From positions 11,192 through 75,191 of the forward strand of contig CAYPBQ010000002.1 of the NCBI GenBank assembly GCA_964409035.1: a stretch of DNA of 64,000 bases, read 5' to 3'. The notes under the pieces are model-generated. The model did not search any database. It was not told the origin of the DNA and was given only the letters and a program-made list of their open reading frames with translations. Positions 1 to 10,254 of the stretch are shown piece by piece; positions within the stretch are counted from its first letter, which is position 1; the number at the start of each line of letters is the position of its first letter. Source of the stretch: an uncultured Candidatus Saccharibacteria bacterium (GTDB lineage Bacteria; Patescibacteriota; Minisyncoccia; Phycocordibacterales; UBA12088). The position numbers and the translations under genes are program-made.

Positions 1-1089
1 GGAGCAAGAATCTCTATTGGATCAGTAGAGCAGAGTATTAGAGGCATTAGACATAATCAGCATAGACCTGATGTCATTGTCTGTGACGACTTGGAAGATT
101 CAGAATCAGTTAAGACTCAAGAGAGCAGAGATAAATTATTTGAGTGGCTAACAGGTGATGTACTACCCGCTGGAGACAAGAATACTCGGATGATCTTCAT
201 AGGTACACCACTACATCAGGATTCTTTACTCATGCGACTTAAGGGTATCTTTAAAGATGGTGATCCAAAAAGTGTATTCAGACAGTACCCAATTGTTGAC
301 GAAAATAATATTCCGTTATGGTCTGGAAAGTTTCCCTACGAAGAAGATATAGAGATGGAGAAAGCTAAATGCTTTAATCTTTTAGCTTGGCAAAGAGAAT
401 ATCTACTCCAAATCGTTGAGAGAGAAGATCAAGTTATTCAGAGAGGATGGATACAGTACTATGATGTGCTTCCACCTGATAACTTCCACACATATAGAGC
501 TGTTGGTATTGATCTAGCCATATCACTTAAAGATAGTGCAGATTACACTGCTATGGTACCTGCCCTAGTTCAAGGGCGAGGGCAAAATTTGAGGATATAC
601 ATTTTACCTAATATTGTTAACAAAAGACTAACGTCTCTTGAAACCATTGAGCAAGCTAAAATGGTATCGTCTGTACTTAATAGGCCCAAACTATTTGTTG
701 AAACTAATGGATATCAAGCTTCAATAATAGAGCACCTCAAAAAGGAGAACTGTAATGTTGTAGGTGTACGTTCTGTGGGTGATAAATATGACAGATTAAG
801 TGCTGTTAGTTTTCTGATAGAGAGTGGTCAAGTATTGTTTCCTAAAACTGGAGTAGACCAACTCATTAATCAGTTAACTGGTTTTGGTTCAGAAAGACAC
901 GATGACTTAGCTGATGCTTTTTCGATACTACTTTCTAAAGTTATCGAGAACAGTCATAGATCGGTATCATTTGGAGTATTTCCACCTAGAGATGACAGTG
1001 ACCTCAATCATCTAAGTAGTAGAGAGAAGCATGCTATTGTGGAGAAAAGAAATGTCATACGAAATGCTCCAAGATGGGATGCGATTTAG
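1..1089 (+). CDS. Phage terminase large subunit (5'-partial; the ORF runs in from upstream of the window), nuclease-domain half
   Basis: Frame is open from nt 1 (..VIVCDDLEDSE.. Walker-B-like). RNaseH-like terminase nuclease motifs are present: VGIDLA, ETNGYQ, DDLADAF. Confidence 0.6.
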   Translation, partial: GARISIGSVEQSIRGIRHNQHRPDVIVCDDLEDSESVKTQESRDKLFEWLTGDVLPAGDKNTRMIFIGTPLHQDSLLMRLKGIFKDGDPKSVFRQYPIVDENNIPLWSGKFPYEEDIEMEKAKCFNLLAWQREYLLQIVEREDQVIQRGWIQYYDVLPPDNFHTYRAVGIDLAISLKDSADYTAMVPALVQGRGQNLRIYILPNIVNKRLTSLETIEQAKMVSSVLNRPKLFVETNGYQASIIEHLKKENCNVVGVRSVGDKYDRLSAVSFLIESGQVLFPKTGVDQLINQLTGFGSERHDDLADAFSILLSKVIENSHRSVSFGVFPPRDDSDLNHLSSREKHAIVEKRNVIRNAPRWDAI

Positions 1090-1641
1090 TTATCTCCCTA
1101 GATCAACAAGAGCTGATTTTCCACCAAACATACTTCCGTTGTATTGGAATTGCAGTCTAGTAGCACCTCTTTTGATTTCAAACCCAACCCAGCCAGTTCT
1201 TTTACTTTGAGCGATAACAGAACCATCTAATCCAAATCCTGGATTTTCCATGGCTTTGTTTGTAACAGCAACTTGGTAACTATTCTTTTCTGCATCACGG
1301 ATAAACATCTGACCCAAAGTTGTTACGTACTGTTGTGATGATCCAGTATTTTCTATAGTCACATTCAAATTAACCCACTCGTTACCATCAGCTGGCTTAG
1401 TGTACTGACCACCTTGTGAATATTCCACTTTGTTAACTGTCACAATTGAATTACCTAATTTAATTTGATCACCAACTTTAAAGGTCGTGCTTTTCTCAAC
1501 TGTATTATTTGAAGTAGAAGTATTTTCTCCAACTTTTTGAGGAGAACTATCTCCATTTGATCCAATAACTATTAAAACAATTACGACAATACCCCAAAAC
1601 CACCACTTTTTATAGAATTTCTTTTTAGTCTCTTTTTCCAT
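1090..1641 (-). CDS. DUF4352-like membrane-anchored protein, of a type common in prophages
   Basis: N-terminal TM helix, Thr/Ser-rich linker and a beta-rich C-terminal domain resembling DUF4352. Confidence 0.45.
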   Translation of the reverse strand: MEKETKKKFYKKWWFWGIVVIVLIVIGSNGDSSPQKVGENTSTSNNTVEKSTTFKVGDQIKLGNSIVTVNKVEYSQGGQYTKPADGNEWVNLNVTIENTGSSQQYVTTLGQMFIRDAEKNSYQVAVTNKAMENPGFGLDGSVIAQSKRTGWVGFEIKRGATRLQFQYNGSMFGGKSALVDLGR

Positions 1642-1968
1642 TTAGATTAAGTTAACTATTAATATAGTGGTATACAAAAAACCTACCACTAGGTGGCCCG
1701 AAGGCCCATACCGGTTTCCCGATATGACGTCGTAAACGAGCCTAATGATAGGTTTTCTGTTTACGACGATTTGATGCCATGCCAGTGATTACTCACTGGT
1801 TTAGGCATGCTTTGCTATTTAGTTGTTAATGAACATTATATTCCATTTTTCCCTCTAATCCAACCCTATCGCATATCACTTGTTTTGCTAAGACCTAATG
1901 CGACCATGAGACGAAAAACTAGTTCTGCATAGCTATGCAGGGTTCTTGGTTTTGTCATTAATATATGT

Positions 1969-3306
1969 ATGGAAACACATATACAATCGCATATAAAACC
2001 AACAGGCTTAATAGGTAAAGAAGTAATTTTACCAACAGTAAAAATTAAGTACTGTTTATATGCTAGAAAATCAACTGAATCAGATGAAAGGCAAGCATTG
2101 AGTATTGATTCTCAAGTTAAAGAAATGCTCACTATCGCTGAAAGAGAAAATTTAGAAATAATTGATATTCGTCGTGAATCGCATTCGGCTAAGGATTCAG
2201 GGCAGAGACCTGTTTTTAAGGAACTTCTGGAAGACATTAGACGAAAGAGATTTAACGGAATTTTGACATGGGCTCCTGATAGATTGAGTCGTAATGCTGG
2301 AGATTTGGGGTCGCTTGTGGATTTAATGGATGAGAAACAACTACTTGAGATTCGCACATATGGACAACATTTTCACAACTCACCAAATGAAAAGTTTTTG
2401 TTAATGATTTTGTGTTCACAAGCTAAACTGGAAAACGACAACAAGAGTATAAATGTAAAAAGAGGTTTAAAAACTAGAGTTGAAATGGGACTTTGGCCAT
2501 CTGTCGCTCCCACAGGATATTTAAATAGTAAAAATGTAGGAGAGAAAGGAGTTATCTATATTGATCCACAGAGAGCACCTATTATCAGAAAAATGTTTGA
2601 AAAAGTGGCATATGAAAAGTGGAGTGGAAGAAAAATATACAATTGGCTCAAATTTGATTTGAATCTTAAGACGGCTAGTGGAAATAAAAACCTGACGCTA
2701 AGTAATGTATACATGATTCTACAAAACCATTTCTATTATGGAACATATGAATATCCTAAAGAGTCTGGTAACTGGTATAGAGGGAAACACGAACCTCTAA
2801 TTACTAAAGAATTATTTGACCAAGTGCAAGAGCAGATAAAGAGATCTGTTATTAGAGTAGAGAATAAAGAATTTGCATTTACTAAACTAATGATTTGTGG
2901 ACTATGTTCTTCTGGTATCACCCCAGATGAGAAGTTTAAAAAACAAAAAGACGGTAGTGTTCACAGACATGTTTATTATGGTTGTAATGGGTCTAAAGAT
3001 AGAGATTGCAAAGGTGGGTATATAAATGAAATTGATTTGATAAAACAGTTTGAAGAATTAATGGAAACTATCAACATAGATGAGATTGGGATAAAAGAGA
3101 AAATCAAAAATGAGGTTCAGAGATTTAAGAAATTTAATCAAATAGTTCTCAATTCAAAAGACAAGATTGAAGTTGGAGATATTGATATACGGAATTACTG
3201 CAAATACATCTTGAGAAACGGAACTGATGGAGAGAAAAGAGAGTTGTTGGGGTGTTTAAAGGGTAAGATTACTTTAAATAATAAGGTCATTTCTCTCTAT
3301 GTTTAA
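1969..3306 (+). CDS. Large serine recombinase (resolvase/invertase N-domain, recombinase domain and C-terminal Zn-ribbon)
   Basis: YARKSTESDERQALSIDSQ catalytic Ser region, DRLSRN motif, and a C-terminal Cys cluster (CGLCSS..YYGCNG). Confidence 0.8.
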   Translation: METHIQSHIKPTGLIGKEVILPTVKIKYCLYARKSTESDERQALSIDSQVKEMLTIAERENLEIIDIRRESHSAKDSGQRPVFKELLEDIRRKRFNGILTWAPDRLSRNAGDLGSLVDLMDEKQLLEIRTYGQHFHNSPNEKFLLMILCSQAKLENDNKSINVKRGLKTRVEMGLWPSVAPTGYLNSKNVGEKGVIYIDPQRAPIIRKMFEKVAYEKWSGRKIYNWLKFDLNLKTASGNKNLTLSNVYMILQNHFYYGTYEYPKESGNWYRGKHEPLITKELFDQVQEQIKRSVIRVENKEFAFTKLMICGLCSSGITPDEKFKKQKDGSVHRHVYYGCNGSKDRDCKGGYINEIDLIKQFEELMETINIDEIGIKEKIKNEVQRFKKFNQIVLNSKDKIEVGDIDIRNYCKYILRNGTDGEKRELLGCLKGKITLNNKVISLYV

Positions 3307-3631
3307 TATGCTCATACATGATAAACGCCATACGTTTGAAACCAGCATGAGCTTTTAAGATTTCCTGCTTAGTCGGCTCACGACCTAGGACATCAGCGAG
3401 AGCCTCCCTAGTAAGCTCCATAAGATCATCCTCGTTTTGAGGAAGCGACTCTCTTACTACACCACATCCTTTTTTACAAATATATTTACCATTATCCTCA
3501 CCGTAACCCCTCTCTATTTTATGCCAGCCGTCAGGATGAGTGCAACAGGCATCGCACACAGTTATATGATTTTCATCATATATATACTGCCTCGTCCCAT
3601 TACATTTTTTACACACTCCTAGTTTTGCCAT
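3287..3631 (-). CDS. Small Cys-rich (Zn-ribbon-like) hypothetical protein
   Basis: CKKC...CDACC...CKKGC motifs. Convergent with the recombinase gene. Confidence 0.4.
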   Translation of the reverse strand: MAKLGVCKKCNGTRQYIYDENHITVCDACCTHPDGWHKIERGYGEDNGKYICKKGCGVVRESLPQNEDDLMELTREALADVLGREPTKQEILKAHAGFKRMAFIMYEHIKHREK

Positions 3632-3652
3632 ATTGTTTTGAATTTTCTTTGA

Positions 3653-4810
3653 TTATTGTAACAAACCCTTTAGTTTATTTTTTACAATCACAAAAGGATC
3701 TTTTTCAGAATCAAGTAACGAGTCTCCTCTTTTAAAATCGCTAGTTAATGGATTAATAGGTGTACCATTTTCAAACATAGCGTATTGGAGATGAGGACCT
3801 GTTGAGATGCCTGTTGAGCCAACATACCCTATAATATCTCCCTGATTGACACTCACTCCATTTTTAACACCCTTGGCTATGCTTGAGAGATGAGCATACT
3901 GCGTAAGATAACCTCCATGTTTTAATTCTACAGTAATACCCAAACCTCCTTTTGAACCAGCAGTTGTAACTTTACCATCAGCAGTAGCGATCACAGGAGT
4001 TCCTGTATTTGCAGCATAATCAATCGCCCTGTGTGCAGTAACTTGTTTAGTTACTGGATTCACGCGACTGTAGCTGTAACCTGAACTGATTTGAGCATAA
4101 CTAAGGGGTGATTTAAGAAATTGACGAGCCAGAGATTCTCCATTTTCATTATAAAATTTATCGTTATAACGAAATGCCGTATATGTTTTGCCGTCGTTCG
4201 TAAACTTTGCTCCTAAGACTTTTCCAGCCCCAGCTGGTTTTCCATCAAGTGTTCGCCTTTCATAGACTAGAGAAAATGAATCGCCCTCTCGTATATCAGT
4301 AGCAAAATCAATATCGCTTGAAAAGATACTAGCGAGTTCCATAGTGGCCTTATCTTCAACTCCTGTGTTTTGAGCTGTGAGAAACAATGAGTCTGCAATA
4401 ATTCCTTTTGCAGTAACTACTTTGATATCATATTCAATAGGTTTAGCGACCACTTCAAAAGCATTCTCTTTTTTTTCAACTACAACAACCTCATCGCTTG
4501 AAAGTGGATATTCGATTGAAGCAAGTGCTTTCTTCACGAAGATTAATTTAAGAACCTTTCCGGTTTGAATTTTTGTAAAATCAAACACATCTTTTGAAGA
4601 ACTAAGAATAGTCAGGGCTTGGTCGTATGATACGTCAAAAGACCCTAAAACCTTCGTAAACGTATCACCTGACTGTATTTCATACTCTACAACCTCTCTA
4701 TTTGCTATTTGTTGTGTAGAAATGTCTTGATTTATGTCATTTTTTGATCCAACGAAGGGGGCGGCTACAAGGATAATGCCTCCGATGACCAAGGAAATTA
4801 TTTTCTCCAT
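3653..4810 (-). CDS. M23 family metallopeptidase (LytM-like) with an N-terminal signal/TM
   Basis: C-terminal HRAIDYA...GSTGISTGPHLQYAM signature of M23 peptidases. Confidence 0.75.
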   Translation of the reverse strand: MEKIISLVIGGIILVAAPFVGSKNDINQDISTQQIANREVVEYEIQSGDTFTKVLGSFDVSYDQALTILSSSKDVFDFTKIQTGKVLKLIFVKKALASIEYPLSSDEVVVVEKKENAFEVVAKPIEYDIKVVTAKGIIADSLFLTAQNTGVEDKATMELASIFSSDIDFATDIREGDSFSLVYERRTLDGKPAGAGKVLGAKFTNDGKTYTAFRYNDKFYNENGESLARQFLKSPLSYAQISSGYSYSRVNPVTKQVTAHRAIDYAANTGTPVIATADGKVTTAGSKGGLGITVELKHGGYLTQYAHLSSIAKGVKNGVSVNQGDIIGYVGSTGISTGPHLQYAMFENGTPINPLTSDFKRGDSLLDSEKDPFVIVKNKLKGLLQ

Positions 4811-5026
4811 GAACCACTCATCTTAGCAGAAATAGGTCACTTTTTCAACCCAAAAACGAGCCTTATTTTAGGGGCTATAATGATAAATAATTTAATCACC
4901 AAGAAAAAACAAAGGAGCTGTAAAAGCCCTTTTTGCCGTTTTTTTGCCCTTATCGCGAGCTTTGCACAAGGATTAACCTTTTAGCCTCTTGCCTAGTTGG
5001 ACGAGCCGTTAGACGATTCTTTTAGA

Positions 5027-5353
5027 TTAGCCAAAAATTAAAACTTTATCTGAACTCTCCACCATTTTGAGTAAGTCGGGCATCGTGAAAACTGGACATA
5101 CACTACTTTCTTCCTTCCCACGAACTTTAAGACAACTACCACAAGCATAAATCTCGCCTTTTAATTCTTTGAACTCCGACATTTTCTTTGAAATATCAAA
5201 ATCTTTAGTATCGGGAATGGTATATAATTCTGACCCCTCGCTCATTAAAAAGATTTCTACTTGATGTCCAGCTTTAAGCGAAGTAATTCCAAGACGAAAT
5301 GTATTCCATATATGCTCTGGTTTATTTGATTGTAAAATCATTCCTAGTTTCAT
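5027..5353 (-). CDS. DsrE/DsrF-like family protein
   Basis: About 108 aa with a DsrE-like fold signature and a conserved Cys (YACGSC). Confidence 0.45.
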   Translation of the reverse strand: MKLGMILQSNKPEHIWNTFRLGITSLKAGHQVEIFLMSEGSELYTIPDTKDFDISKKMSEFKELKGEIYACGSCLKVRGKEESSVCPVFTMPDLLKMVESSDKVLIFG

Positions 5354-5359
5354 AATAGT

Positions 5360-5602
5360 TTAACTTAAATCTTTCTTCTTTTCTTCAAACTCTTTCTTAT
5401 CAATTTCGCCCTTGGCATATCTTTCTTTCAAAATATCTAATGCGTTTTTACTACCATCCACTCCATTGGTTTTACTATTACGAACAAGCCAGACAATGAA
5501 ATAAATGATTGCTCCCCAAAATAAAAGCATCATAATTCCACCTCCAAACCAGCCCATCATATTGCCCCAACCTCCAAAACCATTATATATTCCATACATC
5601 AT
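5360..5602 (-). CDS. SHOCT-domain small membrane protein
   Basis: Gly/Met-rich TM segment followed by a C-terminal [27 protein letters not shown] motif. Confidence 0.55.
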   Translation of the reverse strand: MMYGIYNGFGGWGNMMGWFGGGIMMLLFWGAIIYFIVWLVRNSKTNGVDGSKNALDILKERYAKGEIDKKEFEEKKKDLS

Positions 5603-5731
5603 AGTTTTTATAGTTAATACTAATAATTTTTATTCTTACAACATTTTACCATAAAATAAATCTTCCATTGGAATACCTAACGCTTTGATGAGTTCAATTT
5701 TTTTGGCTGCAAAGATGATTGTTTTTTCATA

Positions 5732-6130
5732 CTAATTAAAATTTACTGCGAAATTATACATTCCCATCGAGCATACGCCCTGAACTTTCTCACCGGATTT
5801 TGGATTACCTAAGTCAATTATTTCCTCTCCTGTAGGCTGTAAGACTTTTTGGAATCCAGCTGAACGAATGGCGAGCGATGCAGAGCAATCGTAGGTGCCG
5901 TCGGTTTTTACCACTAACTTAGTTGGCATTCCTCCCTTAAGTTGGGTAGTGCGCGGAGAATAACCGCCCTTTGCCGTTATAGTCACATACTGCACACCGT
6001 CTCTAATCTCAACATTCTGAGATTGCGTAACTTCACCACCCGAGGATGCCGATCTGTCAGAGACAAAGTAAAGAGTCCCACCGATAAGGACGACACTGAC
6101 GATAATGGATATGATTGTGTTTTTTTGCAT
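5732..6130 (-). CDS. Cupredoxin-like domain protein (membrane-anchored, putative copper-binding)
   Basis: TM anchor. Cupredoxin_1-like C-terminus with Cys..Met ligand pattern (GVCSMGMYNF). Adjacent to copA. Confidence 0.5.
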   Translation of the reverse strand: MQKNTIISIIVSVVLIGGTLYFVSDRSASSGGEVTQSQNVEIRDGVQYVTITAKGGYSPRTTQLKGGMPTKLVVKTDGTYDCSASLAIRSAGFQKVLQPTGEEIIDLGNPKSGEKVQGVCSMGMYNFAVNFN

Positions 6131-6145
6131 AGATTAATTAATAAA

Positions 6146-7153
6146 TTATATGTTAAATAAGGGATCGATGATACCGAGCCCCGCGAGACCTGCGAGAAGC
6201 GCAAAAGCTCCAAGTCCAATCACCACAACTCCTGCGGATTTAAAAAAGAGTGGAGCGTGCTTTGATTGTGCGAATGAAGCCGAACCGAACGACAGGAGTG
6301 CAAGCACCGGAAGTGTGCCGAGAGCGAATGCAGTCATAATGAGAAGCCCTGAGAGAAACGAACCGCTTGAAAGTGCCGCAACCTGCATCGCCTGAGTAAA
6401 CCCACAAGGCAGAAAAAATGTACCGACACCCACGAGAAATGGAGCTATTGTCTTGTGCTCCACTTTACGAAAGAAGCTGAAAAAGCCGGAGGGCAAAGTG
6501 ACCACATTCTTCTGAAAGACCCCCACCAGATTAAGTCCCAACACAATCATCACAACAGAAGCAACGATTCCAAGTATTGCAGTGAATGTAAAACTTATTC
6601 CAATCGCGCTTCCGATAGCACCGAGAACACCGCCAAGCACCGCAAAACTTATTAACCGTCCTCCGTGGAAAAGCATCATCGGTTTTACATCACTTATTTT
6701 GTCTTGAGATACTGTTGCAGAAAGAGAAAGAACAAGCCCTCCAACAACCGCAAGACAGCTTGAGACGGACGCAACAAGGCCAATGATAAAGCTGGTGATT
6801 GGCGTGACTGTTCCACCAAGACCGAAATTTAGTATTCCTGATTTCTGGACGATAAAAAACAAAGCTATAAATGCAAGACCAATCGGCAATGCCTGCCAAA
6901 TGACCCCGTTATCTTTCTTCTCTCCAGCCTGCTTCTCAACAGAAAGAGAATAGCCATTGTGTTTTATTTTTTCAGTTAATATCTCTGCGAGTTTGTGCTG
7001 ACTCTCATCGAGGACAGTGTCGATTGACACAATTTCGCGCTTCAAATCGACATTGGCATGACTAATACCAATCTGCTCATTCAGAGTGTCTTCAATCAAG
7101 ATTTTACATGATGCACAGTGGGTGCCGGTGACATGTAATGTGAGTGTTTTCAT
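6146..7153 (-). CDS. HMA (heavy-metal-associated) domain fused to a DsbD/CcdA-like polytopic membrane domain
   Basis: N-terminal GTHCASC metal-binding motif. Multi-TM region with single Cys residues in separate helices (SSCLAV, LPCGFTQ). Confidence 0.6.
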   Translation of the reverse strand: MKTLTLHVTGTHCASCKILIEDTLNEQIGISHANVDLKREIVSIDTVLDESQHKLAEILTEKIKHNGYSLSVEKQAGEKKDNGVIWQALPIGLAFIALFFIVQKSGILNFGLGGTVTPITSFIIGLVASVSSCLAVVGGLVLSLSATVSQDKISDVKPMMLFHGGRLISFAVLGGVLGAIGSAIGISFTFTAILGIVASVVMIVLGLNLVGVFQKNVVTLPSGFFSFFRKVEHKTIAPFLVGVGTFFLPCGFTQAMQVAALSSGSFLSGLLIMTAFALGTLPVLALLSFGSASFAQSKHAPLFFKSAGVVVIGLGAFALLAGLAGLGIIDPLFNI

Positions 7154-7156
7154 AAA

Positions 7157-9457
7157 TTATAGTTTCGTATTCTTAAGCCGAAGCGAGTTCGTGACGACCG
7201 TGACGCTCTCAAATGCCATAATCGCTCCTGCAACGGCTGGGCTTAAGGTCCAACCAAAAAACGGAAAGAGGACACCGGCCGCGACAGGAATGCCGACCGA
7301 GTTATAGCCGAACGACCAAATCAAGTTTTGCCATATTGTTCGGTTGGTTTTTTTCGCAAGATTTACAGCTTCAGCCACTTTGCCGATGTCACCTTTAAGG
7401 AGCACGATATCGGAACTTTCAATGGCAATGTCCGAACCATCGCTCATCGAGATTGCTACATCAGCCTGTGCAAGTGCCGGAGAATCATTGACCCCGTCAC
7501 CGATCATGGCGACCTTAATGCCTTTCTTTTGCAGATCGCCAATAATCTTAAGTTTGTCCTCCGGTTTTACATCAGTGTATACTTCATCAATACCAAGACT
7601 TTTAGCGACCGCTTCTCCCGTCTTTTTGTGATCACCAGTTGCCATGATCACCTTGAGTCCAAGTCGTTTGAGCTTTTCAATTTCTACTTTCGCTTCTGCT
7701 TTGATAGTGTCGTGAATTTTTATGAGCGACATCACTTCTTTATCGTTTGAGAGATACAGCTCACGACCGCTCTCGAAGCGTCCATCATGGAAGTCTTTGC
7801 GTATCTGCTTTTCAGACTGGCCTATCGTTTCTCCGATATAATCGATTGATCCGAGGTAATAAGTCGCGCCATCGTATGTAGCCTTAAGACCTTTGCCGGG
7901 CAGTTCCGTAATATCGGAAACTTTAACCTCTTTTGCTTTTGTTTCTTTGAGCCATGTAGCAACGCTTGCCGAGACCGGATGCTTTGATGACTTTGTCATC
8001 GAGTAAATAAGAGACTGTTTGAAATTGGTATCGTCGATATCGCACACGTGGTTCTCGTCCTTGCAGAATATGCCCTCAATCGAAAGCTTGTTTTCAGTAA
8101 GTGTTCCAGTCTTGTCGAAGACGATCGCCGTTACCTTTGCAAGCTTTTCAAGACTCTCTGCATTCTTGATGAGGATGCCGCGACGTGCGCCTGTACCCAC
8201 ACCGGTAATAATGGCCGTAGGAGTAGCGAGACCAAGCGAACACGGACAAGCGATAACGAGCACGGCCATAGTTGTGGAGAGTGCGAAAGCAAACGCTTTG
8301 GCCATACCAAATGTTCCGGGCGCAAAAATCATCCACGAGGCAAAGGTGATCACGGCAATCACGAGCACGATATAAACAAAATAGCCAGAAATCCTATCAG
8401 CAATTTTTTCAATTGGAGCCTTTGAATTTTGAGCATTCTCCACAATGGTGATGATATGTGCAAGCGCCGTATCTTTGGTGTCTTTCAGAACCTCCACCTT
8501 AAGCAATCCTTGAAAATTCTGGGTCCCTGCAAAAACCACTTCTCCCGAAATCTTATCGACCGGCACCGATTCTCCTGTCAGATTGGATTCATCGATGCTC
8601 GATGATCCGAATACAATCTTGCCATCGACCGGAATACGCTCATTCGGTTTGACGATCACGACATCACCGACCTCGACTTTCTCAATAGGAATCTCAATCT
8701 CTTTTCCGTCACGCTCAACCAGAGCCGTTTTGCTGGTAAGTTCAGCCAGTTTTTGAAGCGATTCGTTCGTCTTTCTTTTTGCTCTGGCTTCAAGAAATTG
8801 TCCGAGAGCGATGAGACCGATGACGATAATGACAACATCATAAAAATTTGACCCGACGTCCAAAAAATTAGAAAGAGGCTTTTCAAAGGCGGTTACTGCA
8901 AACGAATATATAAATGCAACGATCGTTGATATACCGACAAGCACGTCCATATTCGCAATGCCGGTTCGGAGGAATATCCACGTTGCCTTAATATACCTCC
9001 GGCCGATACCAAACAGGACGAATGTCGCAAAGATCGGCATGAGATGATGGAAGCCCTCGTATATCGTCTCTGGCATCTCCGGAATAATATTATTGCTGGA
9101 TAGAACGTCCCAAAACATCATGATGAAAGAAAAAATGACCATCGGGATGACAAATTTCATCTCAAGAGCCATTGATTTCTCCTTTGTGTCGCCTCCGCCG
9201 TGATCCATACGAGCATGATCCATTCCCGCCATCTCTTTCTTGGCTGTATCCTCAAACGTGTAGCCGAATGGTGAAATTGCGCTGTTGAGAGACTCGACAG
9301 GAACCGGTGCTCCAGAGAAAGTCACCTTTGCGTTTTCTTGGGTAAGTCCGACTGATACCGACTCGACGCCGGGAATTTTTGCAACCTTGTTTTGAATGAG
9401 CGAGACACAGCTCGCACAGTGCATTCCTTTTACTTTGTATATGTTTGATGTCGCCAT
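7157..9457 (-). CDS. copA: Copper-translocating P1B-type ATPase
   Basis: HMA motif GMHCASC, CPC transmembrane motif (CPCSLGLATP), DKTGTLT phosphorylation site and GDGVNDSPAL. Confidence 0.95.
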   Translation of the reverse strand: MATSNIYKVKGMHCASCVSLIQNKVAKIPGVESVSVGLTQENAKVTFSGAPVPVESLNSAISPFGYTFEDTAKKEMAGMDHARMDHGGGDTKEKSMALEMKFVIPMVIFSFIMMFWDVLSSNNIIPEMPETIYEGFHHLMPIFATFVLFGIGRRYIKATWIFLRTGIANMDVLVGISTIVAFIYSFAVTAFEKPLSNFLDVGSNFYDVVIIVIGLIALGQFLEARAKRKTNESLQKLAELTSKTALVERDGKEIEIPIEKVEVGDVVIVKPNERIPVDGKIVFGSSSIDESNLTGESVPVDKISGEVVFAGTQNFQGLLKVEVLKDTKDTALAHIITIVENAQNSKAPIEKIADRISGYFVYIVLVIAVITFASWMIFAPGTFGMAKAFAFALSTTMAVLVIACPCSLGLATPTAIITGVGTGARRGILIKNAESLEKLAKVTAIVFDKTGTLTENKLSIEGIFCKDENHVCDIDDTNFKQSLIYSMTKSSKHPVSASVATWLKETKAKEVKVSDITELPGKGLKATYDGATYYLGSIDYIGETIGQSEKQIRKDFHDGRFESGRELYLSNDKEVMSLIKIHDTIKAEAKVEIEKLKRLGLKVIMATGDHKKTGEAVAKSLGIDEVYTDVKPEDKLKIIGDLQKKGIKVAMIGDGVNDSPALAQADVAISMSDGSDIAIESSDIVLLKGDIGKVAEAVNLAKKTNRTIWQNLIWSFGYNSVGIPVAAGVLFPFFGWTLSPAVAGAIMAFESVTVVTNSLRLKNTKL

Positions 9458-9458
9458 A

Positions 9459-9734
9459 TTATTTTCTTTTTAGCTTATAAACCTTAAGCACCTCGTCCCG
9501 TGCTTTTTGTGATTGACCAGATGACATCTGGTGGTGCACACAATGATCGAGATGATTCTCAAGCAGGAGATCTTCAACATTCGAAAGCCCCTGCTTTACC
9601 GCAGAAGTTTGCGTGATAACGTCAACGCAGTAAGTGTCACTTTCGACCATCTTTTGAAGTCCTCTGACTTGCCCCTCTAAGAGTTTGAGGCGGCGAATGA
9701 CTTTCGCCTTACTTTTTTCATCCATGTATTTCAT
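9459..9734 (-). CDS. csoR: CsoR/RcnR-family metal-sensing transcriptional repressor
   Basis: 91 aa, DUF156-like helix bundle with conserved Cys/His (YCVDV...HLDHC). Immediately upstream of copA. Confidence 0.8.
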   Translation of the reverse strand: MKYMDEKSKAKVIRRLKLLEGQVRGLQKMVESDTYCVDVITQTSAVKQGLSNVEDLLLENHLDHCVHHQMSSGQSQKARDEVLKVYKLKRK

Positions 9735-9754
9735 ATGGACGTAGTATATACCCC

Positions 9755-10249
9755 CTAGGGGGTATTGTCAAAACAGAATGTGGATAGTTTTTTATTCTGG
9801 AAACGAGAAATAATGTACGAGCTCACGAGGATGGATACGATGGCAATTACCACACTACCCAGAACATCTATCGGATGATGCACTTTTGCAAGAACGCTTC
9901 CAATACCCACTATCATAGCTAAAGTACCTAAGAGAATTCCCATCTTCTTATGAAGTATAAAGATAATTCCTGCGATCAGTATTGCAAAAAGCGTATGCTC
10001 CGATGGAAAACCATTGTCTGCCACATGAGGAACAAGAGGAGAGATATTCTCAACCACAAAAGGTCTTGGACTGTAGACAATTGCGTTTAATGCCTTATCG
10101 ATCACTAATGCTACAATCGAGGACAATAATGCAAGTATGAGTATAGGTTTTCTATCCGCATATAACTTACTAACCAAAAAGACGATAGCAATCACTGCTA
10201 TCACTATGTAGAGATACTGAACGGAGAAAAAAACCAATTGATTGAACAT
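9755..10249 (-). CDS. PAP2 superfamily phosphatase (membrane)
   Basis: PAP2 motifs: KALN..SPRP, GFPSEHT, HHPIDV. Confidence 0.7.
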   Translation of the reverse strand: MFNQLVFFSVQYLYIVIAVIAIVFLVSKLYADRKPILILALLSSIVALVIDKALNAIVYSPRPFVVENISPLVPHVADNGFPSEHTLFAILIAGIIFILHKKMGILLGTLAMIVGIGSVLAKVHHPIDVLGSVVIAIVSILVSSYIISRFQNKKLSTFCFDNTP

Positions 10250-10254
10250 CTGGC

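Noticed and set aside
7328-8425. Plus-strand ORFs within copA (7328-7750, 8019-8375, 8048-8425)
   Set aside because: They are antisense to the copA coding sequence, and I found no independent support for them.
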